Positions 37,101-48,758 of a stretch of DNA of 64,000 bases are shown piece by piece. The first letter of the stretch is position 1. Each line of letters opens with the position of its first letter. Position numbers and translations under genes: made by a program. Below the pieces are notes generated by a model. It had not been told where the DNA came from, did not search any database, and saw nothing but the letters and a program-made list of their open reading frames with translations. This DNA comes from Octopus sinensis (taxonomy: Eukaryota), in NCBI RefSeq assembly GCF_006345805.1, contig NC_043016.1, forward strand, positions 30,814,001 to 30,878,000, given 5' to 3'.

Positions 37101-38858
37101 CCATGGTTATATTTCTATCCAGAACCTGAAGTTTAAATCTTAATGCATTTAGTCTAAGTATAATTCAGGTCACTGACCAGCTCTTGTTTAGCTCACCAGC
37201 AATGTCCTACAAAGCACAAATGGTTTTCCCTTATTATGGTGGAAACAGGCAGGATATCTCCATACAACTGTTTCTTGATGGGATGAGTTCACCAAGATAT
37301 GTTTAAGACTGCTCTTAACATTCAAGTATAAGTTCTATCTAGCTTAGATTTGGTAAGTATCCAGGCTGTTGCTCTTTATAAAATGACTGCATCTACAGTT
37401 GCACAAAAAAAATTCTATTTAAAGAAGAGTAGTGTCACCTAACCCTAAAGATTTTGCCTTTGGGGCATTACTTATAGCAGGAAAAAATAAAGTTGAATAC
37501 TTTTTAGATGCACCTCATAGATCAATTCACCAGAGACACTGGCGGCTAGCCAAAAGACTTCCTTCAACTGATGCAGGACTGAGCTGGATAATGTCTGTGG
37601 ATTTAAAATGTCTGAGCAAGCTCAACCAGATGATGATGATAATTCAGGTGCTGTGGATGATACCAAATTCAGAAAATACATGAACACTTTCTGACACCGA
37701 GATAATAGATCAAATACTAGAGCAGAGTAAAGCTCAAAACAATATAATACTTTGCAAATGACACAACTAAAACTTGAATGATTATAAATCAACTAACATA
37801 ATAATAATAATATAATAATAATAATAATAATAATAAGAATAATAATAATAATAATAATAATAATAAAGAGAGTTTCACCAAAGTATGCATAAAAAAATTT
37901 ACCTTAATTTCAGCTTGATATGCTCTTTTCTCATGGTGAACAAATGACATGGATAGAACTTGGATGATTATAAATCAACTAACATTTATAATAAAAAATA
38001 ATAGATATCCAGTTGTTTCACCATTGTATCCATAAAAAGGTTTACCATAATTTCAATTTGTGACATTCTCTTTCTCCTGGTGGTTCACTTAACTGGTTTT
38101 TAACCCTGAATTCTTTAATCACTAGTCAATAAAGAGAAGCACATAGCCTTACCAAGAAGTATGGTCTCCACAGCCAAATGCATGTCTCATTTTGTAGAAA
38201 GAACAAAATCAGTTGGACTGTTATATCCCATAGGCAGTCAGCTGATTTTCTGAAGTTTATGTTTGAAAATGGTAAAAATAGTTACTATCTCAGATTTGCA
38301 TGATCCAACCTTGCTTCATGCCTGATGTTATGGCTATATATGTGATAGAATGATGATTAAGCAGCTTGTCAGAGTGATAACTAGTGTACATAGTAAACAA
38401 CTAAGTTTACACAGTAACCATTTGAGCAATCATTCTGTTTAGACTTAGTGAAAATGGTAACTAAATCACAGCATTTGGTCTGTATATATAAATACAATAT
38501 TTTTATGTGCACGGTTACATATACATGCATTATTGTTACATACATACCTACATATATACATACATATACATATATCATCATCATTATTTCAATATCACCT
38601 TTCTGTGCTTGCATGAATCATGCAAAATTTATTGGGTAGATTTTTTTTACATCTGGACACTCATCTTGACATCAATTCTCACCTGTTTCCAAGCAAGATA
38701 ATATTTCCCATTATGTGACATGTTTACATGGGAGATTGGCAATGAAGAACACTGCTTGTTTCATGGTAATGCTTGATTAAAGCTATTACATGATGTCAAG
38801 ATAAGGAGATACAAATGCACACACAGACATGTTCAACAGCTTTCTTTCAGTTACTGTC

Positions 38859-38890
<32 letters not shown>

Positions 38891-38987
38891 TTTAAGTGAC
38901 TGGAGTTACAAAGTGACTCAAGAGCTAAGAGATTAGTGCATGGTACTTATCAAAACAATGTAACAATGATTTATCCCCCTCTTACTT

Positions 38988-39062
<75 letters not shown>

Positions 39063-39068
<6 letters not shown>

Positions 39069-39943
39069 GGTACCCAAAAGTAATTGGAAACAGTCTCTGT
39101 GGAACAAGCCCATTATAGTTTTGGCTTCCACCACTAGAATCCACTTGATGTGTCCTTCAGGCATCAGTATGTTGACCAGTAGCATCAAGTGTAGCCCTAC
39201 TGCCACCTGGTGCGTCTTTGCTTTGCAGTGCTTCTCCCATATTTGTCAATTTTTGCGATGTCTGAAATGAAGGAACAGCAGCTAAAACAGTTGTCATGCT
39301 TCAGACGGCTTACAAGGATGCTGCCATGTGCAAAATGCAAGTTTATGAATGGTTTTTCACGCTTTAGGAATGGTCACTTGTTACTTGAAGACCAACCTTG
39401 TTCAGAGCATCCATCAGCCTCCCAAACAAATGAAAGCATCATGAAAATTCATGAATTGATCTTGGGGGACCATCAATGAATAATTGGTGAACTTGTTTAC
39501 ATGACTGGTGTGTCCTGAAGCTCCTGCCAAAGAATTTTGAGCGAGAAATTGTGAGTGAAAAGAGTTGCAGCAAAATTTGTGCCTCATTTGCTCACGGAAG
39601 ATCAAAAGCAGTCACAACTGAATGTGTGTCTTGAACTGAAACAACAGTTGGAAATTGATCTGGACCTGTTTTTCTAAAGTCAACACTGGTGATGAAAGTT
39701 GGTGCTACGGAATTTGCAGATGTTGAAGAAGTGAAGAAAAAAACAAAGGAGGCATTAAAAGGCATCGCTTTGCAAGAGTTCCAGCCATTATTTCAAACAG
39801 TGGAAAACACATCTGGAAAACACATCTGGACTGATGCATTGCTTCAAATGGAGAATACTTTGAAGGCAATAAAAGTATGAACATGTAAAACTAAAGGAAT
39901 AAAATAATATTGCAAAATTCCAGTTTCTTTTGGGTACCTCCTC

Positions 39944-39944
<1 letters not shown>
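39063..39944 (+). mobile_element. Internally deleted, decayed mariner element
   Basis: ~26-bp imperfect TIRs (tgagagggtacccaaaag...), TA flanks in (TA)n; HTH-region residues, TGDESWCY fused directly to the DVEEVKKK...YFEG C-terminus. Confidence 0.9.
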
Positions 39945-39978
<34 letters not shown>

Positions 39979-40634
39979 TACTTACATATGTGCATATATT
40001 TACATCCACGTATACATACTTGTATACATGAAAACATACATACATGTACACCTACTCTATCCACATTACAAGTTCAGGTTTATACCTGTAATTTTGAGGC
40101 ACTGGAATATGTAGTTCACTGCCTAAATACCAGTTGTGAGAAATTAGGCTTCTCAAGCCAGAAAGGGGAAAACTGATTTGAAGACTACAGATCCAATCCA
40201 TCACTGGAACTGTAAAAATTCTGTAAAACTTTCCAAAAGCTTATCATTTAAGTATATATGAGCATGTCTAGACATTCAACTATATGCATGAGAATATATA
40301 CACAAAACATAAATCTGCACATGCACTGACTCCGAATACTGCACACATACATACATGCAAAAATACCCTGTTGAGGTTGTTGAAATTTCAATGAAGGAGT
40401 CTTGGATCTTGGTTTGAAACTGGCTTTTTCTTTATTGGCAAGAAATCGTGAAATAAAACTGAATAATGACATACATGTATATAAAGAGGGAGAAAAATGA
40501 TTATTACATTGGTCAATCATCATCATAGGTTTTAACATCCATTTTACCATACTTGCATGGGTCGGTATGAATTTAAAAATTTCAAATGAAATGTAATATT
40601 AATTTATACTTTTTGTTTTTATCTTTTAAAGCAG

Positions 40635-40749
40635 GATTTGCTGACTCCTGTAAAAGGCGGTCCCCCAGATTTTGCCCCACCTCCTCCAGTTATGGTCACA
40701 TTACCAACACCAGATAGATTAACACCACCTTCATTATCAAATGGCCAAG
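40635..40749 (+). CDS. FCHSD2: FCHSD2-like Pro-rich exon, phase 0-1, DLLTPVKGGPPDFAPPPPVMVTLPTPDRLTPPSLSNGQ
   Basis: tttttatcttttaaagcag acceptor (AAGCAG tandem), AAG|gtaaat donor; Pro-rich tail typical after SH3b. Confidence 0.88.
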
Positions 40750-40883
40750 GTAAATAAATTTCTTCTTGTCAATTCAGGGTTATTACAGGTATGCGTCTGC
40801 TATACTTTAAAAGCCTTTTAACTCATTCGAATTTCAATTTGTAAGAATTTCTTCCACAGCAAAAGCTACTAAGTGTTCTAGAT

Positions 40884-41197
40884 CACCATGATCACCATGA
40901 CCGACCAGGCTATCAGATGTTGTTACACATCGCTGGTCACAAAGCGATTCGCATTATTTTAGCCTTCAAATGATGCCACCCTGCTGGTTAAGCAAGCAGG
41001 CCAACAGAAGAAAGAGTGAGAGAAAGTTGTGGCAAAAGAGTACAGCAGGGATCGCCACCACCACCCCCACTGCCAGAGCCTCGTGGAGCTTTAGATGTTT
41101 TTGCTCAATAAACACTCACAACGCCCAGTCTGGGAATCGAAACTGCAATCCATCGACCGTGAGTCTGCTGCCCTAACCACTGGGCCACTGCATCTCC
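40884..41197 (-). mobile_element. Family B-head SINE with a different 3' tail and (GATCACCAT)n end
   Basis: 13-bp TSD aagtgttctagat (40871-40883, 41198-41210); head and first body half match 23920 copy. Confidence 0.9.
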
Positions 41198-42161
41198 AAG
41201 TGTTCTAGATAGCCAGCTTTTTGTATTTTTGTCCCGAACTATTTTAAAATTCAATAAGTCTAATACACAATCATTTTCTAAAATAAAAATTTATATTATA
41301 TATTTCATCAGCCCCTTATGGTTTCTATGGCTGGATGCCCTTCCTAATGCCAACCACTTAACAGAGAGTGTTAGGTGCCTTTTACATGTCACCAGCGCAG
41401 GTGCATTTATACAGTACCAGCAATGCTTTTTATGTGGTACCAGCTCCCAAAAGGACAAGCCTGTATGTATGGAAGACAGTGGTTTTACTTAACTTGACAT
41501 GTCTTTTCAAGTACAGTCAATACATACCCCATAACAATATTCTTTTTCTTCTTTCTTTCCTTTTCTTCCTTGTTTTCTTCCTACACTTTGACTCTAAACC
41601 ATTGGTTCTCTAAAATTTTTTGTGGACTTTTTATTGTGCTATTGATTTTTCTGTTCTGTTGGACTCACCATTGTGTTGTGGCTGACTTAGGAATTCTGTG
41701 CTGCATGTAAACTTCATTAAAGTAATTGCCGCCTGATGATTAACTATGTTGAGAAGAGTTCATTGCCTAACACTTACATAATGAGTGACAGCTAGTTAAG
41801 AAACATATGTAGCTTCTCAATTGGGAACTTTATTTGCATTTTAAGCAACATTAGTTGCTAATAGTGAGCTGTATAAAAGCCATCAGTTTCACAAATTTCT
41901 TTGCAATTTCAATACGGAGGAAAATGTGTAACCCTCAATGTCAATAAATTGTTATTGTATCTTACTGTATACTGTCCACTTTTTTTTCTCTATATTGACT
42001 GCCTACTACTTGAAGCTTACAAACTTCCTATTCTCGGATCCCTGAACCATATTTATATATGGGATAGAACTTTCCATATCTATCAACATAAACTTTCTCA
42101 CTCATAACACCTGGATGTTCTGAAAATGTAACTTCCCAAATAAAGTGCACTTCATATTCAA

Positions 42162-42240
42162 AGTTCTGATGAAGCTATAGGATGTTATCCTGATACTCAA
42201 CTAAGAGTTCTCTACATCTTAGCAGAAACAGCTGTAAGCT
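42162..42240 (+). ncRNA. Type I hammerhead ribozyme motif with extended stem II
   Basis: agtt-CTGATGA-A-GCTA...TAGC-A-GAAAC-AGCT-GTA-agct; stem II extended by gatgt/acatc and an inner actc/gagt hairpin; A.A at 10.1/11.1. Confidence 0.7.
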
Positions 42241-42299
42241 AATGAAGTTCATTACATAACATTTGGTTTTTCTGATGTTTTTATTACCACTCTATACTC

Positions 42300-42600
42300 A
42301 GGCATGTGGTTTAGTGGTTAGGGGCATTTGGCTCATGATCATAAGGTCATGAGTTCAATTCCCAGCAGTGCATTGTGTCCTTGAGCAAGACACTTTATTT
42401 CACGTTGCTCCAGTCCACTCAGCTGGCAAAAATGAGTAGTACCTGTATTTAAAAGAGCAGCCTTGTCACACACTGTGTCATGCTGAATCTCCCCGAGAAC
42501 TACATTAAAGGTACATGTGTCTGTGGAGTGCTCAGCCAGTTACACATTAATTTCACAAGCAAGCTGTTCCGTTGATCGTATCAGCTGGGACCCTAATCCT
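42300..42600 (+). mobile_element. CORE-SINE: family A-type head/core with family B-type tail
   Basis: gtgtccttgagcaagacactttatttc core, then acctgtattt...ctgaatctccccgagaactac tail. Confidence 0.75.
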
Positions 42601-42719
42601 ATGCTCTGGACCATACATCTATTGAGTTCTACACCAGGTTATTTGTCTTGCTATGTCTAAGCAAAATATCATATATATTAAGGCAATTATTTCTAAATAT
42701 TTTTTAATATAAATTTCAG

Positions 42720-43255
42720 CAAAAACTGATGATTCCACTTCAACTACAACTACTACTACAACCACCACCACAGCTTCTACTGGAGAACAAGTATCTGAAC
42801 CAAAGGAATGTGAAAAACCACCAACTTCTGACATTGAAGGTTCTTCTGATTCTGCTGCTGCATCTGAAGAAACCAAAGATGTAAATGCAGTAGCAGAGAC
42901 TGAAGTAGTTGATGCAGAACAAAGCAAAACAACTGATTCTAGTAAGCCTGAAGAATCTACAAAACAAACATCTGGTTCTTTGGATCAAGTAGAATCAGCT
43001 GTCGAGTCAGATTTACCTGACCAACAGCAGAATTTAGACTCTAAACCTGGCTCACTTGACCAGTCACAAGATAAGGCAGAACCCATTGGAGACACTGAGT
43101 CTCTGGAGAAAACAGAATCATCATCTAAAACCAAATCTGCTAATGGAACAGAATCTTCTGAACAAGCAACTTCTGTGAAAGACTCAAGTTCGGTGGATAA
43201 ACCTAGTCTGCATGAGGAGACCAGTGCAGACTCCAAAACACATGGGGAAGATTCT
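42720..43255 (+). CDS. FCHSD2: Large Ser/Thr/Glu-rich low-complexity exon, phase 1-0 (AKTDDSTSTTTTT...HGEDS)
   Basis: aaatttcag acceptor, TCT|gtaagt donor; 536 nt stop-free in AT-rich DNA; phase fits 40749 donor. Confidence 0.82.
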
Positions 43256-43358
43256 GTAAGTTTAAAAGGATTAAACATTTTTCAATATTTTCTTAATCAT
43301 TTTTCATTCCAGGAAATCCTTAATTATGGTTGTAGATTTATCTTCCTTTTTCTCTCAG

Positions 43359-43387
43359 AGAATGCTGGTGAAACTGAAGACTATTGA
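43359..43387 (+). CDS. FCHSD2: Candidate short terminal exon (E)NAGETEDY*
   Basis: ttcctttttctctcag acceptor; phase 1 fits direct splicing from 40749; UTR-like sequence with ATTAAA near 43677 follows. Confidence 0.55.
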
Positions 43388-44011
43388 TCTTAGTCCTCTC
43401 TTATTAAAACTAATTTCCACTACTACTCATCAGTTCCATATATGGAAATACTGAGATTTTGTTATTATTTCTGCTAATGTTGTTCTTGTGGATGTTATTT
43501 TTGTTCTCAAATGTACTGTTGTACAATGATGCAACGGTATTCCTCTTTTATTTCATGTGTCTTGTTCCAGAGATAACAAAAAAGTTTATCCAGCTATCTC
43601 TATAATTTGATTTCTTTTTGTGTTTCTTCAGTTTATTTTTGGTTTGTTTTTATTTGTAGATATACATTTTCCATTGATTAAAAATGATATATTTTATAGT
43701 TTTTTTTTTTATATATATATATATATAACTACAATGATAGTGGAAGACTTAAAGAACAAGAAAAATTGGTTTCCTAGTTTTAATCATAATAACTGTTAAG
43801 GACAGCAAGAATACTGAAGTTGCCAGTAAAAGGAAGTGTTGATAAGTTATAAAGAAAGGCTTTGTGGAATACAAGACAAATGAGTAGGCATGTGTGTGTA
43901 TATATATATAAATATGCATGTGTGTGTATATATGTATGTATATGTAAGTAAATATATTTATCAGTGTACAGTATTATATATCCATTATGGCTGATTTTAC
44001 CAATCAGTAGT

Positions 44012-44042
<31 letters not shown>

Positions 44043-44045
44043 AAT

Positions 44046-46214
44046 CATTGTCATCATTTAACATCCACCTTCCATGCTGGCATGGGTGGGATGGTTTGAC
44101 TAGAGCCAGTCAGGAAGAAGTCTGCAGCAGACTTCTGTGACTGTTTTGGCAGGATTTTTACAGCTGGATGCCCTTCCTAACATCAACCACTCAGCAGAGT
44201 GGACTTAGTGCTTTTTACATAGCACAAGCACAGGCAAGGTCAGTTTTGGCAAGGTTTTTACAGCTGGATGCCCTTCCAAACATCAGCCACTTTACAGTGT
44301 AGACTGGGTGCTTTTAAGTGGCACCTGCACTGACAGGGTCACCAAGTACTTGCAAGACAAAGAAAAGAGGGGAGGAGACATTGTGTCGGATGATGAAAGG
44401 TTATAGTGAGACAGAGAGACAGAAACAGGTGTCTTGCTGTAGAGGAAGTAAAAGGTTACCTGGCTGGAGAAAGAGAGAGAGAGATTAGGAATGAAGACAG
44501 AAACAGGTGCGCTACCACATGGGAAATACATGGTTACCCAACCTGAGGGAAGCCCAGGAGAAGGAGAGAGAGAGAGTGGGAGACAGTATGATAAAGATGA
44601 TAGCAAAATACCAAGTATACTCACAAGGGACAGGGATCAGAATATAAATGGGATGGTTGAGTAAAGGAAGAGAGAAATATAGGTAGTGGCAAGTGCCAGG
44701 GCATACACTTGAGGTCCAAAATGCAATAATATAAGTGGCAGGATATTGCGAAGAAAGTGTGATTAAAGAGAGGGGAGGGGGGAAAAACTGGGCATATATA
44801 GAGTCAGGCAGCTACCAGAGAGCAATGGTACACAGGAACAGGGCTGTGAGGACAGGGTTGGGGAGTGAGAGTTAGGCATAGTGTATGAAGGAAGAAATGT
44901 GAGGAAGAGAAGAGTTGTGGAGATGTAGATTGGTTTGTTGGGGTAGGGTGAGTGAAAAGTTTTCTTGTTATGTGTGGGTGGAACACACAGGTCGGGGGGG
45001 GCCAGCAGATAGCAGTAATACAGTGAGACAGGATGTGTAGGTGGAATACACAGGTTAGGGACTAAGGGAGAGCAATGATACAGTGGCACAGGGCCAAGAG
45101 GACAGGACTGGGGAGTGGGAGGTAAACATAGTACATGAAGCAGAAATATTGAGGGAAGAGAAGAGATGTAGAGACATAGTTGGTTTGTTGTGGTAGAGTG
45201 TGTGAGAAGTTTTCTTGTTAAGTGTGGGTGGGATACACAATGCTTCTAAAACTCAGTTTTTCTGACATGGGTAGGTCTTCTCAAGAACTTCATATCGCTA
45301 GACATCTTGGTCCATTGACATTTCCTCCAAGAGGCCCAACTTCCTGAGATCAGTTCTTACCACTTCATCCCATGTCTTCCTGGGTCTCCCTCTTCCATGG
45401 GTACCATCCACTTTCAGTGATCGGCACTTCTTCGTGCAGCTGTTTTCATTCACACACATCACATATCCAAACCAATGTAGTCTTTTCTCTTGCATGCTAC
45501 ATTTGATTCCTCTTATGCCCAACTTTTCTCTCAATACATTTGCACTTTGCCGTACATGTGCACCGATGTTGCACATCCAACGGAGCATACTACCTTTGTT
45601 TCTCTCCAGTCTACCGATGTCTTCTCCATTCAGAGCCCATATCTCACTACCATGGATTATAGCCATTCACACACAAACATCATGTAGTCTACCTTTCACT
45701 CTGAGAGAGAATCCGTTTGTTGCCAACAGAGCTAAATAGCTCACTGAACTTCCTCCTACCAATTCTTATTCTAGAAACAATACTTTCAGAGCATCTTCCA
45801 CCATTGCTAATTTGGTCACCTAGGTAACAGATACTATTTACAACCTCAAGAGAGCCTCCTGGATATTTGAGAGAATCTAATTCCTGTGTGCTCTTAGTGC
45901 TTATTGTTCCTGCACATCTGCCACATACAAAGATGATTTTATCTGTCAATCTACCTGTGATACCACTGCATCTCTTATGTATCCATAGTTTACACTAGGT
46001 GCAATAAATGGAATTTCTTTCAACTCCTTTCCTATATATTGAGCAGGGCCATTTACCTGATGGAAAGAGTGTTTTATCTTCTTTGTTACTAACAACCACT
46101 TTTGTCTTAGCTAGGTTGACTTTAAGGCCCTTTGATTCCAGGTTTTGTTTCCATACCTGGAATTTCTTATCCAATTCTGCTAAAGATTCTGCAATAAGAG
46201 CAAGGTCATCAGCA
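44046..46214 (-). mobile_element. 5'-truncated RTE-clade LINE (~2.2 kb): RT C-terminal part from (Y)ADD, PHD-like finger, thumb/C-terminal region, long 3' UTR, (ATG)n-like tail
   Basis: ADDLALIAES, KGLKVNLAKTKV, YLGDQI, HGSEIW, RLHWFGYV, GRGRPRKTW motifs; stops and frameshifts present. Confidence 0.92.
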
Positions 46215-46891
46215 TGTGTGTGTGTGTGTGTGTGTAGTTGTATATATTTTGTTGTGTCCGGAGAGAGTCATTACACCAATATTAATAACACATGCACCAG
46301 ACTAACAAAAGAAACCCATTATATATGTGTGTGTGTGTGTGTACGTAAAATAAGGATAAAAATCACATTAATGATAATTTCAGGTAGTCAACAGGGAATA
46401 TGTGTGTGTGTGTGTGTGTGTTTGTGTGTCTATGTTTGTCCCACCACCACCACCATTGTTTGACAACCGATGTTGGTGTGTTTATGTCCCCATAACTTAG
46501 CAGTTTGGTAAAAGAGACTGATAGAATAAGTACTAGGCTTACAAAGAATAAGTTTTGGGGTCGATTTGTTTGACTAGAGGCAGTACTCAAATGACTGAAC
46601 CAAATACAAGGATAAAAGAATAAATAGATAGAAAATTGACTTTTTAGAATACTCTGTATGTTTTAAGTGTTTTTTTTTTTTTTTAATTTCCTAAAACCCT
46701 GGTATAAAAAATTGTTTACAAAGAACACTTTTAGTACTTTTTACTTATTATTTGTATTATGTTGTTGCTTATTCTAAGTATTTAATAGAAATATTTCGTT
46801 CAATTAGTAAATTTTTTCTTGTCAAATATGTGTGTGTAGTAAATATTTGTTTTTTGGGAACAGTTTTACTAATGTCTACTCTTCCTTCCAG

Positions 46892-46912
46892 ACCCACCCA
46901 ATGATATAGTAG
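46892..46912 (+). CDS. FCHSD2: Candidate 21-nt symmetric microexon, phase 1-1, (D)PPNDIV
   Basis: ctaat + ctcttccttccag acceptor, TAG|gtgagt donor; open only in phase 1 (phase 0 hits TAG). Confidence 0.6.
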
Positions 46913-47449
46913 GTGAGTAATTAAGGAGCTTGTCTATTGTATCATTCTTTTTTTTTGTTGTTGTTTTGGCTCCTCACCAATTTTTTGTTTACTTTAATCA
47001 TAATATGATATTGTAATAAATATTGTATGTATTGCTCTAAATATTTTTATATATGTATGCATATGTATGAATGAGTGTATGTGTCTGTGTGTGTGTGAGT
47101 GGATTTATCTCACATTGTATGTTTCAGTGGGTGTCTTTGTGGATCTATGCATTTATTTTCCTTCTTCCTATATGTTTCTTTTCAACATCTACTCTTTTCT
47201 GTAAATTTTGTCAAGATTTTAACATGGCCTTATTTCACAGAAAAATGTTCGTTAATATATTGAAAAAAAAATATCAATAAATGAAAAATAAATTTAAATG
47301 ATATATTACAGTTCATCATTACTAATACAATTGGTTTTCTATCTTTCTTTCTTTCTTTCTTCCCCCTCTCTCTCTCTTTCTCCTCTTTCTCTGTCACACA
47401 CACACACACACACACAAACACACATACACATGCACGCAGATAATATATG

Positions 47450-47481
47450 TATTTATATATAAATACACTGCATATGTTTAC

Positions 47482-47516
<35 letters not shown>

Positions 47517-47580
47517 ATATATATAGTATATATATATATAATATATGCGTGTGTGTATATATATATATATATATAATATA

Positions 47581-47661
<81 letters not shown>

Positions 47662-47841
47662 GGTATGTATATTATATATATTATATATATGTATGTATAT
47701 AATATATATATATATATATATGTAGTATATATATTATAATATTATAATATATATATGTATGTATAATATATATATATATGTATGTATATATATATATATG
47801 TATGTATATTATATTATAATATGTATTATATATATTGTATG

Positions 47842-47898
<57 letters not shown>

Positions 47899-47905
47899 AT
47901 ATATA
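47450..47905. repeat. Degenerate (TA)n/(TG)n microsatellite field
   Basis: Direct inspection. Confidence 0.95.
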
Positions 47906-48500
47906 ATCAAAATAAGCAACAAGGATATCCAGAGGTAATGCAGTACGATCGTTTTATGCGAATCCATTTAATTGAACAATGCAAATATTACATCAATTTA
48001 AAATGTAGACCAATCTTCAGCCACACAAAGACATAGAATTTAATTAAATTAGGACACATTAGTATAATTTTGCCCAAAATCTCCAAGAGGATAAGGAGAT
48101 AATGAACATGTTTTACCAACAACATCACAGTTGCAACTGAAATTCTTTTTCAAGAAGTCACTGCCTGTCACTGATTTTTCTGTTATTTAGTTTTAATTTA
48201 GCCTTAAATATACAAAGAATTTGATAAATTAGTCTATAAATTAAAACTAAATAACAGAAAAATCAGTGGCAGGCAGTGTCTTCTTGAAAAAGAATTTCAG
48301 TTACAACTATGATGTTGTTGGTACAACATGTTCTTTGTCTATTTCCTTATCCTCTTGGAGATTTTAGGTAAGATTATACTAATGTGTCCTTCTAATTTAA
48401 TTAAATTCTATGTCTTTGTGTAGCTGAAAATTGCTCTACATTTTAAATTGATGTAATGAAATGATTGCATTCTCTGGATATCCTTGTTGCTTATTTTGAA
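47906..48500. repeat. Degenerate ~600-bp palindromic element next to a long (TA)n tract
   Basis: Ends tcaaaataagcaacaaggatatccagag / ctctggatatccttgttgcttattttga; internal arms pair with substitutions; centre ~48205-48237. Confidence 0.9.
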
Positions 48501-48758
48501 TTTAATCACCTTATTTTGAAATTGTATGGATAATACCATACTAAATTCTGGTACCTCAACTTAAGTACCATATTCATATGAATCTATATATCATCATCAT
48601 CATCATTTAACATCCGCTTTCCATGCTAGCATGGGTTGGACGGTTCAACTGGGGTCTGGCAAGCCCGAAGGCTGCACCAGGCCAGTCAGATCTGGCAATG
48701 TTTCTACAGCTGGATGCCCTTCCTAACGCCAACCACTCCGAGAGTGTAGTGGGTGATT

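Noticed and set aside
37770-38090. Diverged ~190-bp tandem duplication around an (AAT)n tract
   Set aside because: Low-identity local duplication with no functional hallmark.
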